From contig CM097887.1 in the NCBI GenBank assembly GCA_044892525.1, positions 79,214,397 through 79,278,396 on the forward strand: DNA of 64,000 nucleotides, in the 5' to 3' direction. Origin of the DNA: Schmidtea polychroa. Taxonomy: Eukaryota. The notes below the pieces were generated by a model. That model searched no databases and had not been told where the DNA came from. It worked only from the letters and a program-made list of their open reading frames with translations. Made by a program: the position numbers and the translations under genes. Shown one piece after another: positions 11,914-25,680 of the stretch (the stretch's first letter is position 1; each line of letters begins with the position of its first letter).

Positions 11914-13827
11914 GGGTATTGTGACTTTTACCGCCGTAAAATCTATGATTAATTTTTCCATGACTATTGTAATGTATTGTAATTATTTATTTTTCTTGGT
12001 TTTGTTAACCGTATGTTATAAATGTAAATTACAATTCTTCACGTCGTACGTGGCGAAGGTTTTTATTTTATGTTCGTAAAAAAACAAACTATATAGTGAT
12101 AATTTACCATAGTAAATTATCACTATAGAAACAAAAATTAAAAAAATCGATAAGAAGTATAAGAATTATTCAGAAATACAAATATACAAAACCGAAGTAA
12201 AAATTGGATTCTAAACTATATATTAAGAAACAAAGTGATTATTCATAATTGTGATACGAAACAAAATCATCTGAAGTTATTCTCTGAAAATCATCCTACA
12301 GAATATAGTTATTCTCTCATTATAAATAAAGGCCTAAATCTCTTTTTCCGGACAATTTTACAAAGGTATTATTCTTGAGTGCAAGAGAAGACAAAATCGT
12401 CCGAAGTAATCCTCTGCAAATCATCCTCCTAGATATAATTATTCTGCAACCACAAATACCGGACTAAATATTTGCCTCCGGACAATTAACAAAGTATTAA
12501 AGTTTATTAGTTAATAAAAGTATATAAAAGTCATATCATTGTTGCATATTAATTTTTATTTTTTTTATATACTATTGTCGCGCTACTATACACAACTTAC
12601 ACCCCGATTGTCCCAACACATATTTTTTAAAGGAGACTCTTTCGGGCACTTCAATTTTCTTATTAAATAACATATAACATAACAACTATTATACAATAAA
12701 TATATTAGAAATATTTTTTTTTGAAATATTTATAGAAATATATTAATTTAATTGAAGTAAAATTCATTGAAATTTTAGTCATGGCAGGACGCGGTAGATG
12801 ACCTGGAGTTAAATTTATTGTTATTGAAGAATAAGTACTTTCCAAGGAGGACATTTCAAATGAAGAATTCTCATTTTTTTCAATTGATATATCAACTGTG
12901 GAGAAACGCATTGTTTGGTGTGCTCGTCATCGCTTAATCTCAAATACTCTCTTATGTACTAATTGTGGAGAGCATTATATTCTTGCTAAATACAAGGAAC
13001 ATATCGATGACCAACGATGGTGTTGTGGGAAATGTAAAACAACTTCCTTTTTGCGAAAAGGTTCATTCTTTGAAAAAAGCCATCTGACTATGAATAATTT
13101 AACTATGCTTTTGTATTTTTGGTCCCACTAAGTGAGTCTAAAACTCATCAGTGATCAACTAGAATTATCATACAGAGTTTGTCTATATTGGTATAATTTT
13201 GTACGAGATATTTGTTGTCGCTGGAATAAAGATCATCCTATTCAATTAGGAGGCTTGGATGATGATTTTAGCGTATGCGTAATTGAATTAGATGAAACTG
13301 TCACTACGAAACGAAAATATAATCGTGGTCTAACAATTTTTCAAAGATGGTTATTTGGTATAGTTGAACGTTATTCAGGTAAATATTTCTGTTCTTTTGT
13401 GCCTAATCGTAAAGCAGAAACATTATTGCCATTGATATCTGAACATGTGGCCATTGGTTCTACGATTATAACAGATGGTTTCGTATCTTATGGAAATATC
13501 TCAAAGATTAATTCTGGAGCTTATTCACATTTTGTCGTAGCCCATGAACATAATTTCGTTGCACCAAATGATGAAAATATCCATACACAAGGAGTTGAAT
13601 TTCTATGGAATGAATTAAAATCATCATTTAAAAGGATGCGAGGAACAAATGAAGCCTTATTACAAACTCATGTCAAAGAGTTTTTATGGCGAAGTCATAA
13701 CTGCCATGACAAATCATTAATGGGATTCCTTATTTTCTGCTTTTCAAGCTACTATATAGTTTAGAAATATATTTTGTTGTTTTTTTATTTAACAGCGGTA
13801 ATTTTTATTATTAAAAAGTCAATACCC
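11914..13827 (+). mobile_element. Merlin (IS1016/IS1595-related) DNA transposon, full length, inactivated
   Basis: TIR GGGTATTG(TG)ACTTTT / AAAAGTCAATACCC. Perfect 8-bp TSD GAATCATG at 11906-11913 and 13828-13835. The 5' region contains a 15-bp-stem hairpin (~12092-12126) and two imperfect ~130-bp tandem units (~12262-12500). Confidence 0.9.
12781..13764 (+). pseudogene. Merlin transposase pseudogene
   Basis: One frame from ATG 12781 with three in-frame stops (last TAA at 13129-13131). Zn ribbon, LRKGSFF, IELDET..KRKYNRG, WLFGIVER, IITDG..SY, HTQGVEFLW (DDE_Tnp_IS1595/ISXO2 type). Confidence 0.9.
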
Positions 13828-14029
13828 GAATCATGAATGCTCTAATTACTAAAATAGAGTCTGCTTTTCATTTGGATTCAAAAAACGACATTGAACAAAA
13901 TTGCAATAGAAACTAAAGAAAAATAGTAATGAAAGAAGAAAACTTTGAAGTTAGCAGTTGTTGGTTTGAAAGATTAAAGATTCAAAGAGTCCGACCTGCG
14001 GAACTCGCTATTGTTATATAAAATAATAA

Positions 14030-14300
14030 TTAACGACCTTTCTAGCTCTTATAATTCAGTGGAAACGTGGCATCGTTCATTCCAGCAAAAAATATTGTCC
14101 ATCTTTAAGTATGTAAAATAATCGACCAATTCACTCAAAAAGGCCATATTGAAATTATAATATAATGATATAAGGCAGGCTTCGGACGACACAGTACTTC
14201 GAGGAGTAAATATAATAAATTAAACGAAATACTGCAAACATTAATGTCTACACATATAGTGATATATTTAACAAGGATGGCACGCAATATTAAAATTTAA
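14030..14300 (+). pseudogene. Short MULE transposase C-terminal remnant
   Basis: YNSVETWHRSFQQ (cf. TNNxxEGWH) and KYNKLNEIL..MARNIK motifs in broken frames. Confidence 0.5.
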
Positions 14301-16498
14301 ACTGTCTATTATGTTTTAATTTTTATTCGATATGAAAATAATACCTAGGAATAAATATCCTCATTTACTTTTACGCAGCTTAGTCTGAGTACCATACACA
14401 GTTGTCATTAATAAAATAAATATGGCCAAGATGTAAATAAAAAACATTATTTATAAATATATTTTACGATATATTTCAAGAGATAAACTGTTATCTTCAG
14501 ATTACTAAGTGTCTTGATAAAGGATTAAATAATGATTGCGTAATATTGTGTTAAATAAAATCAATAAAAATTGATTTTAGATTCACAAACAATTTTCTCA
14601 AAAATTACTCAAATTTTTAAAAAGTTTAAAATTAGACAATATCCAGTATTATTATTATTACGAACTGTTTACCAAGCTATCGTTCTTAGTTTGAATTTTC
14701 TAAAAGATGCAAACTTGGACATTCCTTTATATCAATCTCTACACAAATCAATTGAAAATTTAGTCTATCTTGAGAGTTTGTTAACAACACAAATAATTTT
14801 AAGGATAATCTCGCGAATAATGCTGACATATTTCTCACCATGACAAAAATCATTAAACCTAGATAAATTCCGATAAGGAAATAGTATAAAGACAGAAAGA
14901 ATCTGCAAAATCAATTTAAGCAATGAGATCAACAATAAAATCTTCAGTTAGCCAAAATACCTAATCAACTTAATAAATATCTCACAGGAAGATACTATAG
15001 CATGCCGTACTCCAAAAATGCTTTAATTTGCCATATGTCTAAACCCCAGTTGGACCATCTACATGTGTACCCAAGTACAAGAAAAAATAGAGAATTTTTT
15101 TTGTTTGACATAAATTGGGTGAAAATGATTCTTTCACAGCTAAAGAAATGACAATTTAATATTGAAATGTTATTTATATTTAAAAGCATATCTCGTTTCC
15201 GGTTCAAAACTGAAATTATCAGTTTGGACATGATATCGTAAAAATTCAAAATATTAATTTGTTTTATCATAATTTGATAATTTTTATTAAGTAAAAGTAA
15301 AACCAACAAGTTTTAAATATATTTGATTATTAATAATTTTGAAAGTCCTGAATAAGCTAGCCTATGTAAGCATGTAATAATCCTATACATTGTAATTTGG
15401 GTGGTACAATTATTAAATGCTTCATTATTAAGATCTTGACTTCTAAAAAAACATTTTCACTTCAAGAACACAGTTCCAGTTGAATTAAAAAACAGACGTA
15501 AAAATGTAAAAACATTAGGCTTATTGTTGGAAATTAAAGTTCTCACATTTTCCGTCATGAATATTAGTGTTGTCCATTATTAAAGTAACATTATTCCATT
15601 TTCGCTCTCTAATTAACTCAAAATATCTTATTAAATATCTTTTAAAACTGAAAACATTAACCTTAAATATCAAATTATTCGTTAAAGTGACACAAACGGA
15701 TATAGAAGGACCTCATATATCTTAAATTCATACAATATAAGTCTCTTGTAATGATCTCCATATATATTTCTCATTGATATACTAAATGATTTTCATCTAT
15801 AAATATTTTCTTTTCTTCATTTGACGAAATCGCAATTGATGAGTTTCCTAAACTCTTTGATAATATTGTTTAATTTAAAATTTAAGGGACGCTAAATTTA
15901 GGCCGAAAAAAATTCAGTGACCTGATTATTCTAGAAAAAACCTTTTCCAGTTAATAAAATCGATTCAATTCTATCTGTGTAAGTTTTTTTAAATGAATTT
16001 AAATTTAAGGAATAAATTTAAATTGAGATTTTTTCGAGCCCAGGCGGACAAATTTTTAAATAAATTTAAAAAAAAATTTAAAACGACGATTTGAACGAAC
16101 AAAATGAGAACAGAAAAATTGCGTCAAACTCTTCTGTCCAAAAAAACGAACATATGTGGATAAATTCATTTAAATAAGGATGTGTTGTTTCAGAGAATGA
16201 CAAATTATTTCCCTTTAGTCTACTGTGCTCAACAACTTTCAGTAACGAATCGATGAATTCAAGCATCTTTAATTTAAGACATCTTTAAACGAAATATCCA
16301 GACCATAAGAATAACTCAATACTTTTCCCTGCGAACGAGTCTTCAAAACTGATCGACAAGACTGAAATAATGTTTACAACTGAGTTAAATCAATCTCAGT
16401 TTGCAAGTTTTGAAAAAGCTACACACAAAGGCTGCAAAATCGTTTTACCAGCATTAATAATTGCAGCTAAAACCATTCTGTCGAATGAAGCTGTAGAA

Positions 16499-17463
16499 CA
16501 GAGGTGTCCAAACTATGGCCCGTGGGCCAAACCCGCCAAGGATTTTGAAAAATTTCGTAAAATATAAATGTAGCGTGGCGCTATGATGATCATTTGCAAT
16601 CATTGCTAATAATTGGTGTTTCCGATTTGAATCCCAACCTTGAAGAAACTCTCCAGGAAAAAACCCAGTTCCACCATTCCCATTAAAAATTGCATGAAAT
16701 AGTTTTATAATAATATAATTTAGACATGTTTGTTTAGTATTGTTATATCTGCAATTTACTATAAAAAATAAAATTCAATGCTACTTTACTTGTAATAAGG
16801 TTTTTTAATTCACATATTTACAATGCTTGGCCCCCGCTAATGAATTTAAATACCCAACTGACCATCGCAGCAAAATGTTTAAACGCCTCTGCTGTAGAAC
16901 ACTTTTTAAATCTACCGCTATCTAAAACTTCATCACACTTACTGGCAAGTTGAAATCGCTTCACGAGAAGTAAATTATTTGGAATTCAAAAGAAACTCAC
17001 AATTCTATTTTTTTATTGTCAATGTCAATATTCTCAAGAATTTGATTTTAGTATTAACTTTGGGAAGTCCCCCAGTCTTTTCTGAAATATTTTCCAAATA
17101 TGGACGATTCAGAATTTAAATGGGTTGCCAATTTATTCATCAGAATTCAACAATCTTAATTTCAAAGAAGAAAACCTTGGCGACTTGAGAAACAACTTGA
17201 TTTCCAAAACATTCTTTGTGAAAAACACGATAAAGCAAGAAAGTTCATATCTTTGCTAGCATAGAATTTGAGCGTTGACGGAAATGAAATAAAAAAAAAC
17301 GAAAGACCATTGGTTGTCTGATAATGAGCCTTACGTAAATGTTGTTTGCAACAAAAAACAATATCAGGTCTTGCATTAAAGATATTTTCCTAATAAAATT
17401 CAAATAAAGTGTGTCGAGTAATTTTTTAGAGTGCCCGGCCCGCAAAAAAATTGCCTGACACTG
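16499..17463. mobile_element. Old Charlie/Buster-type non-autonomous hAT element
   Basis: Left end CAGAGGTGTCCAAACTATGGCCCGTGGGCC, right end GGCCCGC..TTGCCTGACACTG. Putative TSD degenerate (CTGTAGAA / GTATAGAG, 5/8). Confidence 0.6.
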
Positions 17464-18659
17464 GTATAGAGCTTCATCAAAATTCACTTAATAACATTTA
17501 TTATATAACATCATCTCAAGAACCACTTTCAAAAACAATGCAAATAAGAAAAACTGAATTTTTTTTAACTATAAATAAAACAAAAAACTAATTTCTGTTA
17601 ATATCAACAACTCTAATTAAAAATTTAAATCATTTCTCATGAATATTTTTCACTAATCTATTTAGAGGTTTTTCCGAATTATGTATTTATAATATGTATT
17701 TGTGTATTTATAATAATACCAGGGCAATTTTTTCTCTTTTAAAGGTGTGATTAAAATTTCATCAACATTGGTCAATTGTGCGAATTCACACTTCTATTAA
17801 AAGTTCATTCCGCACTTTTATAATCCAGTTTTCCTAAGTAATTCAAGATCTAATTTTATGTAACCTATTTACGTATTTCAATTCTTTTGTTTGAAAATAA
17901 ATTTTGATGTTCTATCGGCCCGATAGATGTTCAATGATTCTTCCTGTATTATTACAAATACTAATGACCGCATAGACATTGGGACGTGATACAGCTATAA
18001 TTTTATATAATTGCTTTATCCAGATAAATTATCTTTCATATTCAAGAGCTTCTTCAATTTGATTGATAAAATTATTAATGTTTAATTAAGTATATTATGT
18101 TCAATTTGATTAAAAAAATGCTATATATATTCAATTAGAAAGATTTCGAGGAATCAATGGATTTAGAACACGTGATCGAAAATGTACAAGAACATTAGAT
18201 TATTTTTTGCGTTCAAGTACAAGAAAATAGTCCAATGTAAGTTTACAGTTTTGAATAATAATCTGCAGAATTTCCCAATATTCAGAATTACACCTTAAGA
18301 TGGCAAGACAGAGAATTCCAAATCTTCATAAAGAAAGAGAACATCCCCAAACAAAAGTACTAAAAGCCAAGGATTAACAACCAAAATCGACACAATCGAA
18401 CGAAAGAAATATTGTCAACGATACTAAGAGATAACACTAGGAATACCCATACAATTGTGTCTGCAGAGTTTCAAAATCTCCTTACTACATTATGATCAAT
18501 AAAAATAAACTTAATATATTTAAATCAATTAAAAATATTCATAATTAATAGTTGTGTTAAGAATTAATATAATTTCGATAGGAAAATAATTATTTCTGAC
18601 TCCACACGTTAAGATTTATTGCCAAACAGAAATAACGAGTATTCAATTTTCAAATAACC

Positions 18660-19130
18660 TATAAAATATCTAAGGAAAATAAAGATACTTTTCAAAGTTT
18701 ATGCGACATTTACAAAAACGGCATAAACATTGAAGATGTAATTGTAGAATATCATACATTAAAAGATGTGTATCTATCAATACGTCAATCACTATCTAGT
18801 GAACAACATATTAGAGAGATGATAATTTTCTTGATTGAAAAGCATATGGCATAAGGTCGCACTCTTTTGCAAATGCTCTACAAGTCTTACTTTTGCACCT
18901 ACCGCTGATGAGGGAAGTTTCAGTAGATTGAAGATAATCAAAAGTTATTTGTGATCAACAATGACAAAGGAATGTTTATCTGGATTAACATTAATTTCAA
19001 TCAATCGTGATCTTGTTGATTACATTGACTTTGAAAAAACGATAAATCGTTTTGATTCAGTGAAGTCACGCAGAAAAATATTTATATAATCTGGCAAGTT
19101 TCTTGCTTATATCAAATCAATAAATTTACT
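18660..19130 (+). pseudogene. 3' remnant of a Tip100/ZMYM1-like hAT, same family as 43214-49305
   Basis: Direct nucleotide similarity to 48655-49130, e.g. TTTATGCGACATTTACAAAAAC and GAAGTTTCAGTAGAxTGAA..ATCAACAATGACAAA..CATTGACTTTGAA..GATxTAAATCGTTTTG. Confidence 0.8.
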
Positions 19131-19614
19131 ATTGTCATTAAATTTAAGCTATTACAATTTTAAAAATTGCCGTTTAGAATTAAATTACTCTATAAATGGT
19201 AAATTTGAATCGATTGCTCTGGAGTTCTTAGTGTTCACCCACGCAACAAAATCGTATTCCGCCATTACTAAGGACCCTATTCATTTTAAATTAGTATATT
19301 TATGTTTATATTTTCATTTGCTAGCTGGTCATATATGTTTCCGAGAAATATTGATTTATCGATTTTTCACATTTTAATTAATTTTTAAAATTTTGGTTTT
19401 TAATTGTTTTGTGCATTTGATTTAATTCTTCACCAACAACTCAATTCATTTAAATAGAGATTTAAGGGCAGCAAAAGCGACTATTTAATTATTAGAAATA
19501 TAAAATTGATTAATTTTCAATAATGAAATTATATTTCGAAAAATTATAGTTAAAATTGGAAAAAACATCTTGGTCGAAATTCATAGTGATAATACAAGTG
19601 AAAATCAATGATAC

Positions 19615-20116
19615 CTTCTAGCAAGTGCTCACATTTTCTTGTGATGATATCCCAAATGCGGATCGTTGAATCCCTGCTCCCACTAATAAGTTTAACCGGC
19701 TTATTAGAATTTTCGATTTGCGCTGTAACCAAACAGCGGACGATATTCTCGTGACCCCTAAATACGTGAATACATCGTCCTTCTATGAAGTCCCACAATC
19801 GAACTGTGCAATCTGCACTACTTGATGCAATATATGGCTTTTGATTAATTTTAAGCGCCACTAATGACCAGACACCACTTTCGTGACCTCTGAGAAACCT
19901 CAGTCTTTCACCAGTAGCCAAATCCAGGATGGAAATTGTCCAATCATCAGAACATGAAGCTATCCATTGGTCGAATATCACTAGACCGGTAATGATAGAT
20001 TTGGAGTGAATGGAAACACGAATTGGTTCGATTTCATAATTGCATTGCCAATTCGTAAACAATTTCAAATAATAAAGATATTGCTGTTTGAGAGTTGAAC
20101 CGTGATTTGGGAGGTC
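19615..20116 (-). CDS. FBXW7: FBXW7-like exon (post-F-box helix and first WD40 repeats)
   Basis: Acceptor cag at 20117-20119, phase 0: DLPNHGSTLKQQYLYYLKLFTNW..ASCSDDWT..GHESGVW..SGSRDSTIRIWD..LLE. Donor GTATC at 19614, phase 1, matches the 7426 exon (G+GT = Gly). Confidence 0.92.
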
Positions 20117-20420
20117 CTGGGTGAATCAGACAAATAACGATGAGAAAGAGTCGAATAAATTTCAACACAATGATTAACATGAATTCAAAGACAAACTAAG
20201 TCCATTAAAATATTTACTAGTAAGTAATTTTATAACTGAATGTAATAGTTTATAGTGAATGGATAAAATTTGATGAAAACAATATTGGAAAATTTATAAT
20301 AATTGTAAAAATAATAACTTTCGTTGTTGTTTTAATGTGAGTAAAATAAAATAAAAGTTGGGTTTGTTTAAAATAGATGATGGATTTCGAAATGAAATAT
20401 CTTAAGATAAATGATTAGAG

Positions 20421-20866
20421 CAGTGTTGTCCAAACTGTGTGCCGTGAAATTTTTTAAAAAAAAGTAAAAAAACCCTGTTTTTCCAAACAACTTAATAAAA
20501 GGCAATTTGATTGTGGATATTTTAACAGTTATTTCAAATTTAAATGTTAATCAGTCAATTAAGTGCGAAATTTATTTGTTTACAATCATATTTATATTTC
20601 TTACTAGAAATATTGACTATCTAAAACACATCAAGCACATAAATCTCATTAACTATGTTTTATGAATTTTTCATTCACTAATTTTCCTAAATTTAAAATT
20701 TTTTACATTAACTTTATTTCAAGTAAATAAGTTTTTCATTTCTTACTAAAAGATTAGTAAAAGTGCAATAAAAAATTGCAAATAAAGCAAAAAAGAAATT
20801 TAGGTGCCGCGAAAATTTTTAAATCAGCCAAGTGTGCCGTGGCTCAAAAAAGTTTGGACAACACTG
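20421..20866. mobile_element. Buster/Charlie hAT MITE, 446 bp
   Basis: Perfect 16-bp TIR CAGTGTTGTCCAAACT / AGTTTGGACAACACTG. Perfect TSD GATTAGAG at 20413-20420 and 20867-20874. Confidence 0.95.
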
Positions 20867-21009
20867 GATTAGAGAGATATTAAAGTATATGACTTATGAA
20901 TTCGGCATAATTATAAGTCATATATCAGCATGTCCTTTACTCGAATCTATTCAGGTTCCTATGGTAATAATGGCAATAATAAGGAAAATATGTATAATTT
21001 TTGTAATTA

Positions 21010-21110
21010 ATAATTATCACTATAGATTTCCACAAAAGCCCTATGAGCTTCAGCTACCGGTTTTTTTCCAATTAAACATTATTAATAAATTGAGCAAAAG
21101 GTATTGACAA
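21010..21110 (-). pseudogene. Mariner transposase N-terminal HTH remnant
   Basis: Minus-strand ..FNWKK../VAEAHRAFVEIY resembles the mariner N-terminus KKxAAEAHRxLVEVYG. Frameshifted and very short. Confidence 0.4.
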
Positions 21111-22687
21111 TTATTGAGAAATGTTGACAATGTTGAGAAATGTAATAATATTTTATCTTTATTTCTACTTGAAGTAAAATCTAAGGACAGTATAATAGGT
21201 CAATGAATCAACCAATATCTTTGGGTTGATACAATCGCGTAACTTTTGGGTTGCCCACTTTTATCTTGATTTGAAACTTTATACGAAACTGCAGATAAAA
21301 TATTACTACCAACTTTCGTTGCTTAGAAATATTGTAGAATGGTTTGAATAACCGATCCCTTGCTTCACAGGGAAGTCAGCGACACACTTTTTTAATTTTT
21401 TATTTGATAAAATATTGTAAATTATATTGTTTATAATTTTTCAAATTAGTAAACTATGCACAACACATAATTTAAAAGTCGTAAATCTATATTGTTTGGA
21501 GTTCAAATAAAGATAAAGCGTATTCCAACAATATGATATTAACTAATTAACTAATTAAAAAAGATTATTGGCTGAAGTTTATAGAAAATTGACATTAACT
21601 ATGACATGCAAGACCATGGACGATTTATTTTTTGAACTTCAATTTCCACAAGCCCCAGATAATATGATATCAGTTAGTTATTAAACGAAATATTAAAAAA
21701 AATTTGGTATTTTGTCAAGATAGTTATTTCAAAGTCTGAATATAATCGTAAATAAATATAATTCGATACCAATAGGATCTAAATGGGAAGGTTATTCAAC
21801 CTCTTGATTTGTCATTGGGATTTAGCAGACTCTATTATCACAATTATCATGTAAATAGTTTAATTTTGGTTAGAATGAATTTAATAAGACAAACTTAGAC
21901 AAAGAAGCAAAAATAAACCTTCCGAAAATTATAAGATCCCAATAATTATCGACACTCATTATAACAAAACAATAAAAATATAGATAAATCGATACTTTAT
22001 GTATCTTTAAAGCGTAACCTGATTTATCGAATGGAGGTACTTAAAGTCGTTTTTGATATTTAATTATAATATTTGAAATTTAGTTATAAAGTCACATTCA
22101 AGCGAAGAATTAATAAAACATGGGTATTATTGTTCAGGCCATTATACAAAATAATAAAGATTTATAAATAAATTTATTTGACAAAATTATTGGGGCTGAA
22201 AATATGAAGGGATGACATGGTTTAATTAAAATTTCTTAGACTAGAAAAGAATTATTTTTTCATATATCTTCAGTTTTTTTATTATTGAGTGGAATTCTTG
22301 GTATATATTTTTATTATTGCAATAAATGCTGATCTATCATTTATGACAACCACATGTGACATAAACTTTGGTTACTCTACTGGGTTCAAGCATTTGAGAA
22401 TGGATCTTTGAAGGCGAAGAAAGATGCGCAGTATGACATATCTCATATATACACCTGGTATTATGGAAAACGCCATATACAAAAAAAGTATGTGCAAAAA
22501 TAAACTAAATGTCTCATTATTTTTTTAACAAAATTAATATCAGCAATTTTAGAAATAGCTGTCCAGTATAGTTTCTTAATTACCATACGTGTTCTATTAT
22601 CGGAAAATTGTAAATTAACAATAGCGTTACCGGTAAATTTCAGTAACATACTTTTAATATAAATTTAAAAAATAGGTTTTTATTTAA

Positions 22688-22847
22688 CCCTTCGTGTGTC
22701 CACATAGTAATTTCTTTTTCTTCACCATGCGTCCACGGTATTAATTTTGTTAAAGAAAATAAGACAAATTGTGCACCACATACGATACTCAAACGTATCA
22801 ATTTAAATGTCTGTGCATTATATGTTGTGCACAGGAGAGTCAAAGGG
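22688..22847. mobile_element. piggyBac-type MITE, 160 bp
   Basis: TTAA|CCCTT ... AAGGG|TTAA (TTAA at 22684-22687 and 22848-22851). TIR similarity is weak beyond 5 bp. Confidence 0.5.
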
Positions 22848-23339
22848 TTAAAAGAAAAACCGTTTGATATGTGTATTTAATACTAAAATAAATATTTCCA
22901 TTTACAAATTTAAATTTAAGTAGTTTTTTGATTAATCTTTTATTTCGTTTTGTTTCAAAAAGAAGTATTTAAGAAAAATGATGATAAGTTTTCATCGGAT
23001 AACGTCGTTCCTATTTTAGTGCAAACTCAGCATGGTATGGAAAATGTTATTTCATTGCCTTTGTGGTTTGAAGATTTTTAATTTACAATGTGAGAATATG
23101 ACTACTTTGCACAGACACTTTGACAGACTGCATTGACAATAACAAACCTACTGGAAATCATTGCGGTTGAGATAGCTTTTTGAAATTTCAAATCGGTATT
23201 TAAAAATTCAGGCTCTTAATTCTCTTGTGATTCTGCATGCTCATCTGGTTTGAATAACCTTACAATTAATTATTTTTCAAAAAGTCATCAAAGTGAAAAT
23301 TGTGTTTCATTATTTTTTTTGGATTGAGTCTGTACTGTA

Positions 23340-23620
23340 ACAAAAGACAATAATTTATAATTCTTCATTTCAAATAAACTAAGAAATTATAGGAAATTGG
23401 GGAATCATTATTATTTTCCAAAGTTAAATAAAACAATTCATCTGTCATTGTAAATAGCGTTGCATCATTTCTTGCTAAGGCTTTAGTTTTGATTACAATT
23501 CTATGTACAAGTTTAAGGTGCTAATTTATTCAATTTGTTGAACTACTGCTACATTTAATACATTTTTGCATAACTTGCAAAATAACTTTTTAAGGCTTCC
23601 ACACATTCGAGGAAGCCATA
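23340..23620 (-). pseudogene. Internally deleted hAT transposase remnant related to the 2737-4719 type
   Basis: Broken frames give MASSNVWK..CKLCKNVL..LKLVH (BED-like) joined to ALARNDATLFT..ELF..LK*RI (cf. ALCRDDATLLSAD..LVRRI in the 660-aa ORF). Confidence 0.45.
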
Positions 23621-24035
23621 TATACTAAAATTTATTTTTGTATCATAATTTTATTTTTATTATAGATCAAAGATCAAACAACTTATAGACAAATCTAAAA
23701 TTACACTTACGAAAATTTGTATGTATTGTTATATATTAAACAAAATTAAATAAAAAAAATCAAGGTTCTTTTTTTTTAATTTTCGTCACACAGACACTTG
23801 CTATCGATAAAAATAGAACGAAAAGCAAAGTGAGAGTAACTTTTAAAAAAATGTAACGACGCAGGCTGTTTTATGTATTATGGTGGTTTGTTTTATTCAC
23901 ATTTATACTTAATTTATATACAAATTAATTTTTTCAAAATTACCGGTAAATGAAGAGTTTTTAAAAAGTAAATTTCAAGGTTTGTATTTTGATTTCATAA
24001 AGATGGGGAAAATAATTCAGACTCTATTATTTTTT

Positions 24036-25680
24036 GGTATCCCCAATAAAGGAGCGTAAAAAAGGCGTGCCCGTAATATAATACGATAATAAAGGCGTGT
24101 ACTAATATGGCGCAATGCAATAAGAGTACAGTAATTATTATCGTTTTAAAAATATAATGAGTCGATAGATGGTATTGTCTGTTATTATTTATTTTTTAAA
24201 TAAAATTTTTGAAATAATAGTTTTTTTAAATAAAAATAGTTTTTAAAACATCTTAATTATAATATACAAATAATAAAAATCAATTAATTGCATTTTAAAT
24301 GTTAAAATTTAAATTATGAGCAATTCCAAGTAGATAATCGAGAATTGGTCGATTTGTATAGTCGATTACGACATTCTTGATTCTTAATGCTGAATCTATG
24401 TAATCATTTTTTCGACTAGGTGGTTACTAACTAGAAAGCTATGTTTCTATCTTCATTTCATTTAAACTTAGTTCTTTCTTGAGTCCATTGATAAATTTCA
24501 TAGGATGAAGAGCTCCAAGAATTTGACTGAACCTTCGAAGCCAAACTTCAACTGCATTATTTGTTTTTAGATAATCGTTGAGTTGCATTTGGTAACTCCA
24601 AATACCATGTGAAAAGACAGGTGCACTACGACCGCTATGCCGAGCTGGTCGTACAATCCAAGGGTTCTCGAAGTACTTGACCAAATCTCGTAGCAAATCA
24701 ATATTTTCTTGAATACAGAATATGGCACCAAATACACTGTCTAAAGTGGAAGAAATCCGCGTTCAAAATTGGAAAAAACGACACGAAATGAGTGTTGCAT
24801 GTTCAAAATCAGTCATAATTGATGCAGGACTAAGGTTAAACTGTAAGTTTTTCAGTTCATTCAAAACTCGGACAAAAGAATTTATGCCTCGTTCGCTCAT
24901 CATAAATATCGCTGGGATTACATTATGATATTTAACAGCATGGATGGTGTAGAGTTTCTGGAATAAAGGATGAGCAACTCTGAATGGGCCATCAAAAAAA
25001 AAATGTTGTTGTGTATTAGGGTTCATGTTCGATCCAAAATCTTTGTTGGTGTTGGTAGAGGAGCTTGAGAACAAATTGTTCTAAGTGTGTTCTTGATGTT
25101 CCTGACTGATAGTAATTGATCAGCAACTGCTTCATTCACATTTATAAATGCATTTCCCACAAATTGATGAGTTCTTTCCAGTGTACCAACAGCACGTCGT
25201 TATTTCCTCAAGAGTTCTCTGTGCTTCGACTTTGGCAGTGCCAGGAAGATAATTATGTGTACCAAGTATTCTTATAATTTGGCCATCCTCCGTATGACAC
25301 CGTACCATGTACTTCTGTTTCCTAAATTCTGTGCATTTATAAAAATGATTTTCCTTTAGAAATTCTCACTGCGAAATATACATCCATCAACTACAAGAAA
25401 ATCTTTTTTACTTTTAACAAATGCAAGAGCCATCGGTTTTATGACAATGAGAATTTATAATTATTACATAGCTTATATACTTTTTAGTGTAACTGTATTT
25501 TTATTGTCGTATTAATTTTATTTAATCCTTCAAAGTCAAATTTAGCATTATATTTGATATTGTTATTTATATATTATTTACTTGAAATTCGGATGTGTAC
25601 TTTAATTAACGCGCTTATCAACGAGCTATCTTATAAATCGCCACTTTTATAAACTGCGCTTTTAAGTGCACGCCGTTTGT
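24036..25680 (-). mobile_element. Degenerate Mutator (MULE) element with FLYWCH + MULE transposase pseudogene (~25432 to 24439)
   Basis: FLYWCH-like start (LVVDGCIF..KC..CHT..HN), DGPFRVAHPLFQKLYTIH, SIMTDFE, KTNNAVEVW. Multiple frameshifts. GC-containing subterminal repeat tracts at both ends; TSD not resolved. Confidence 0.8.
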
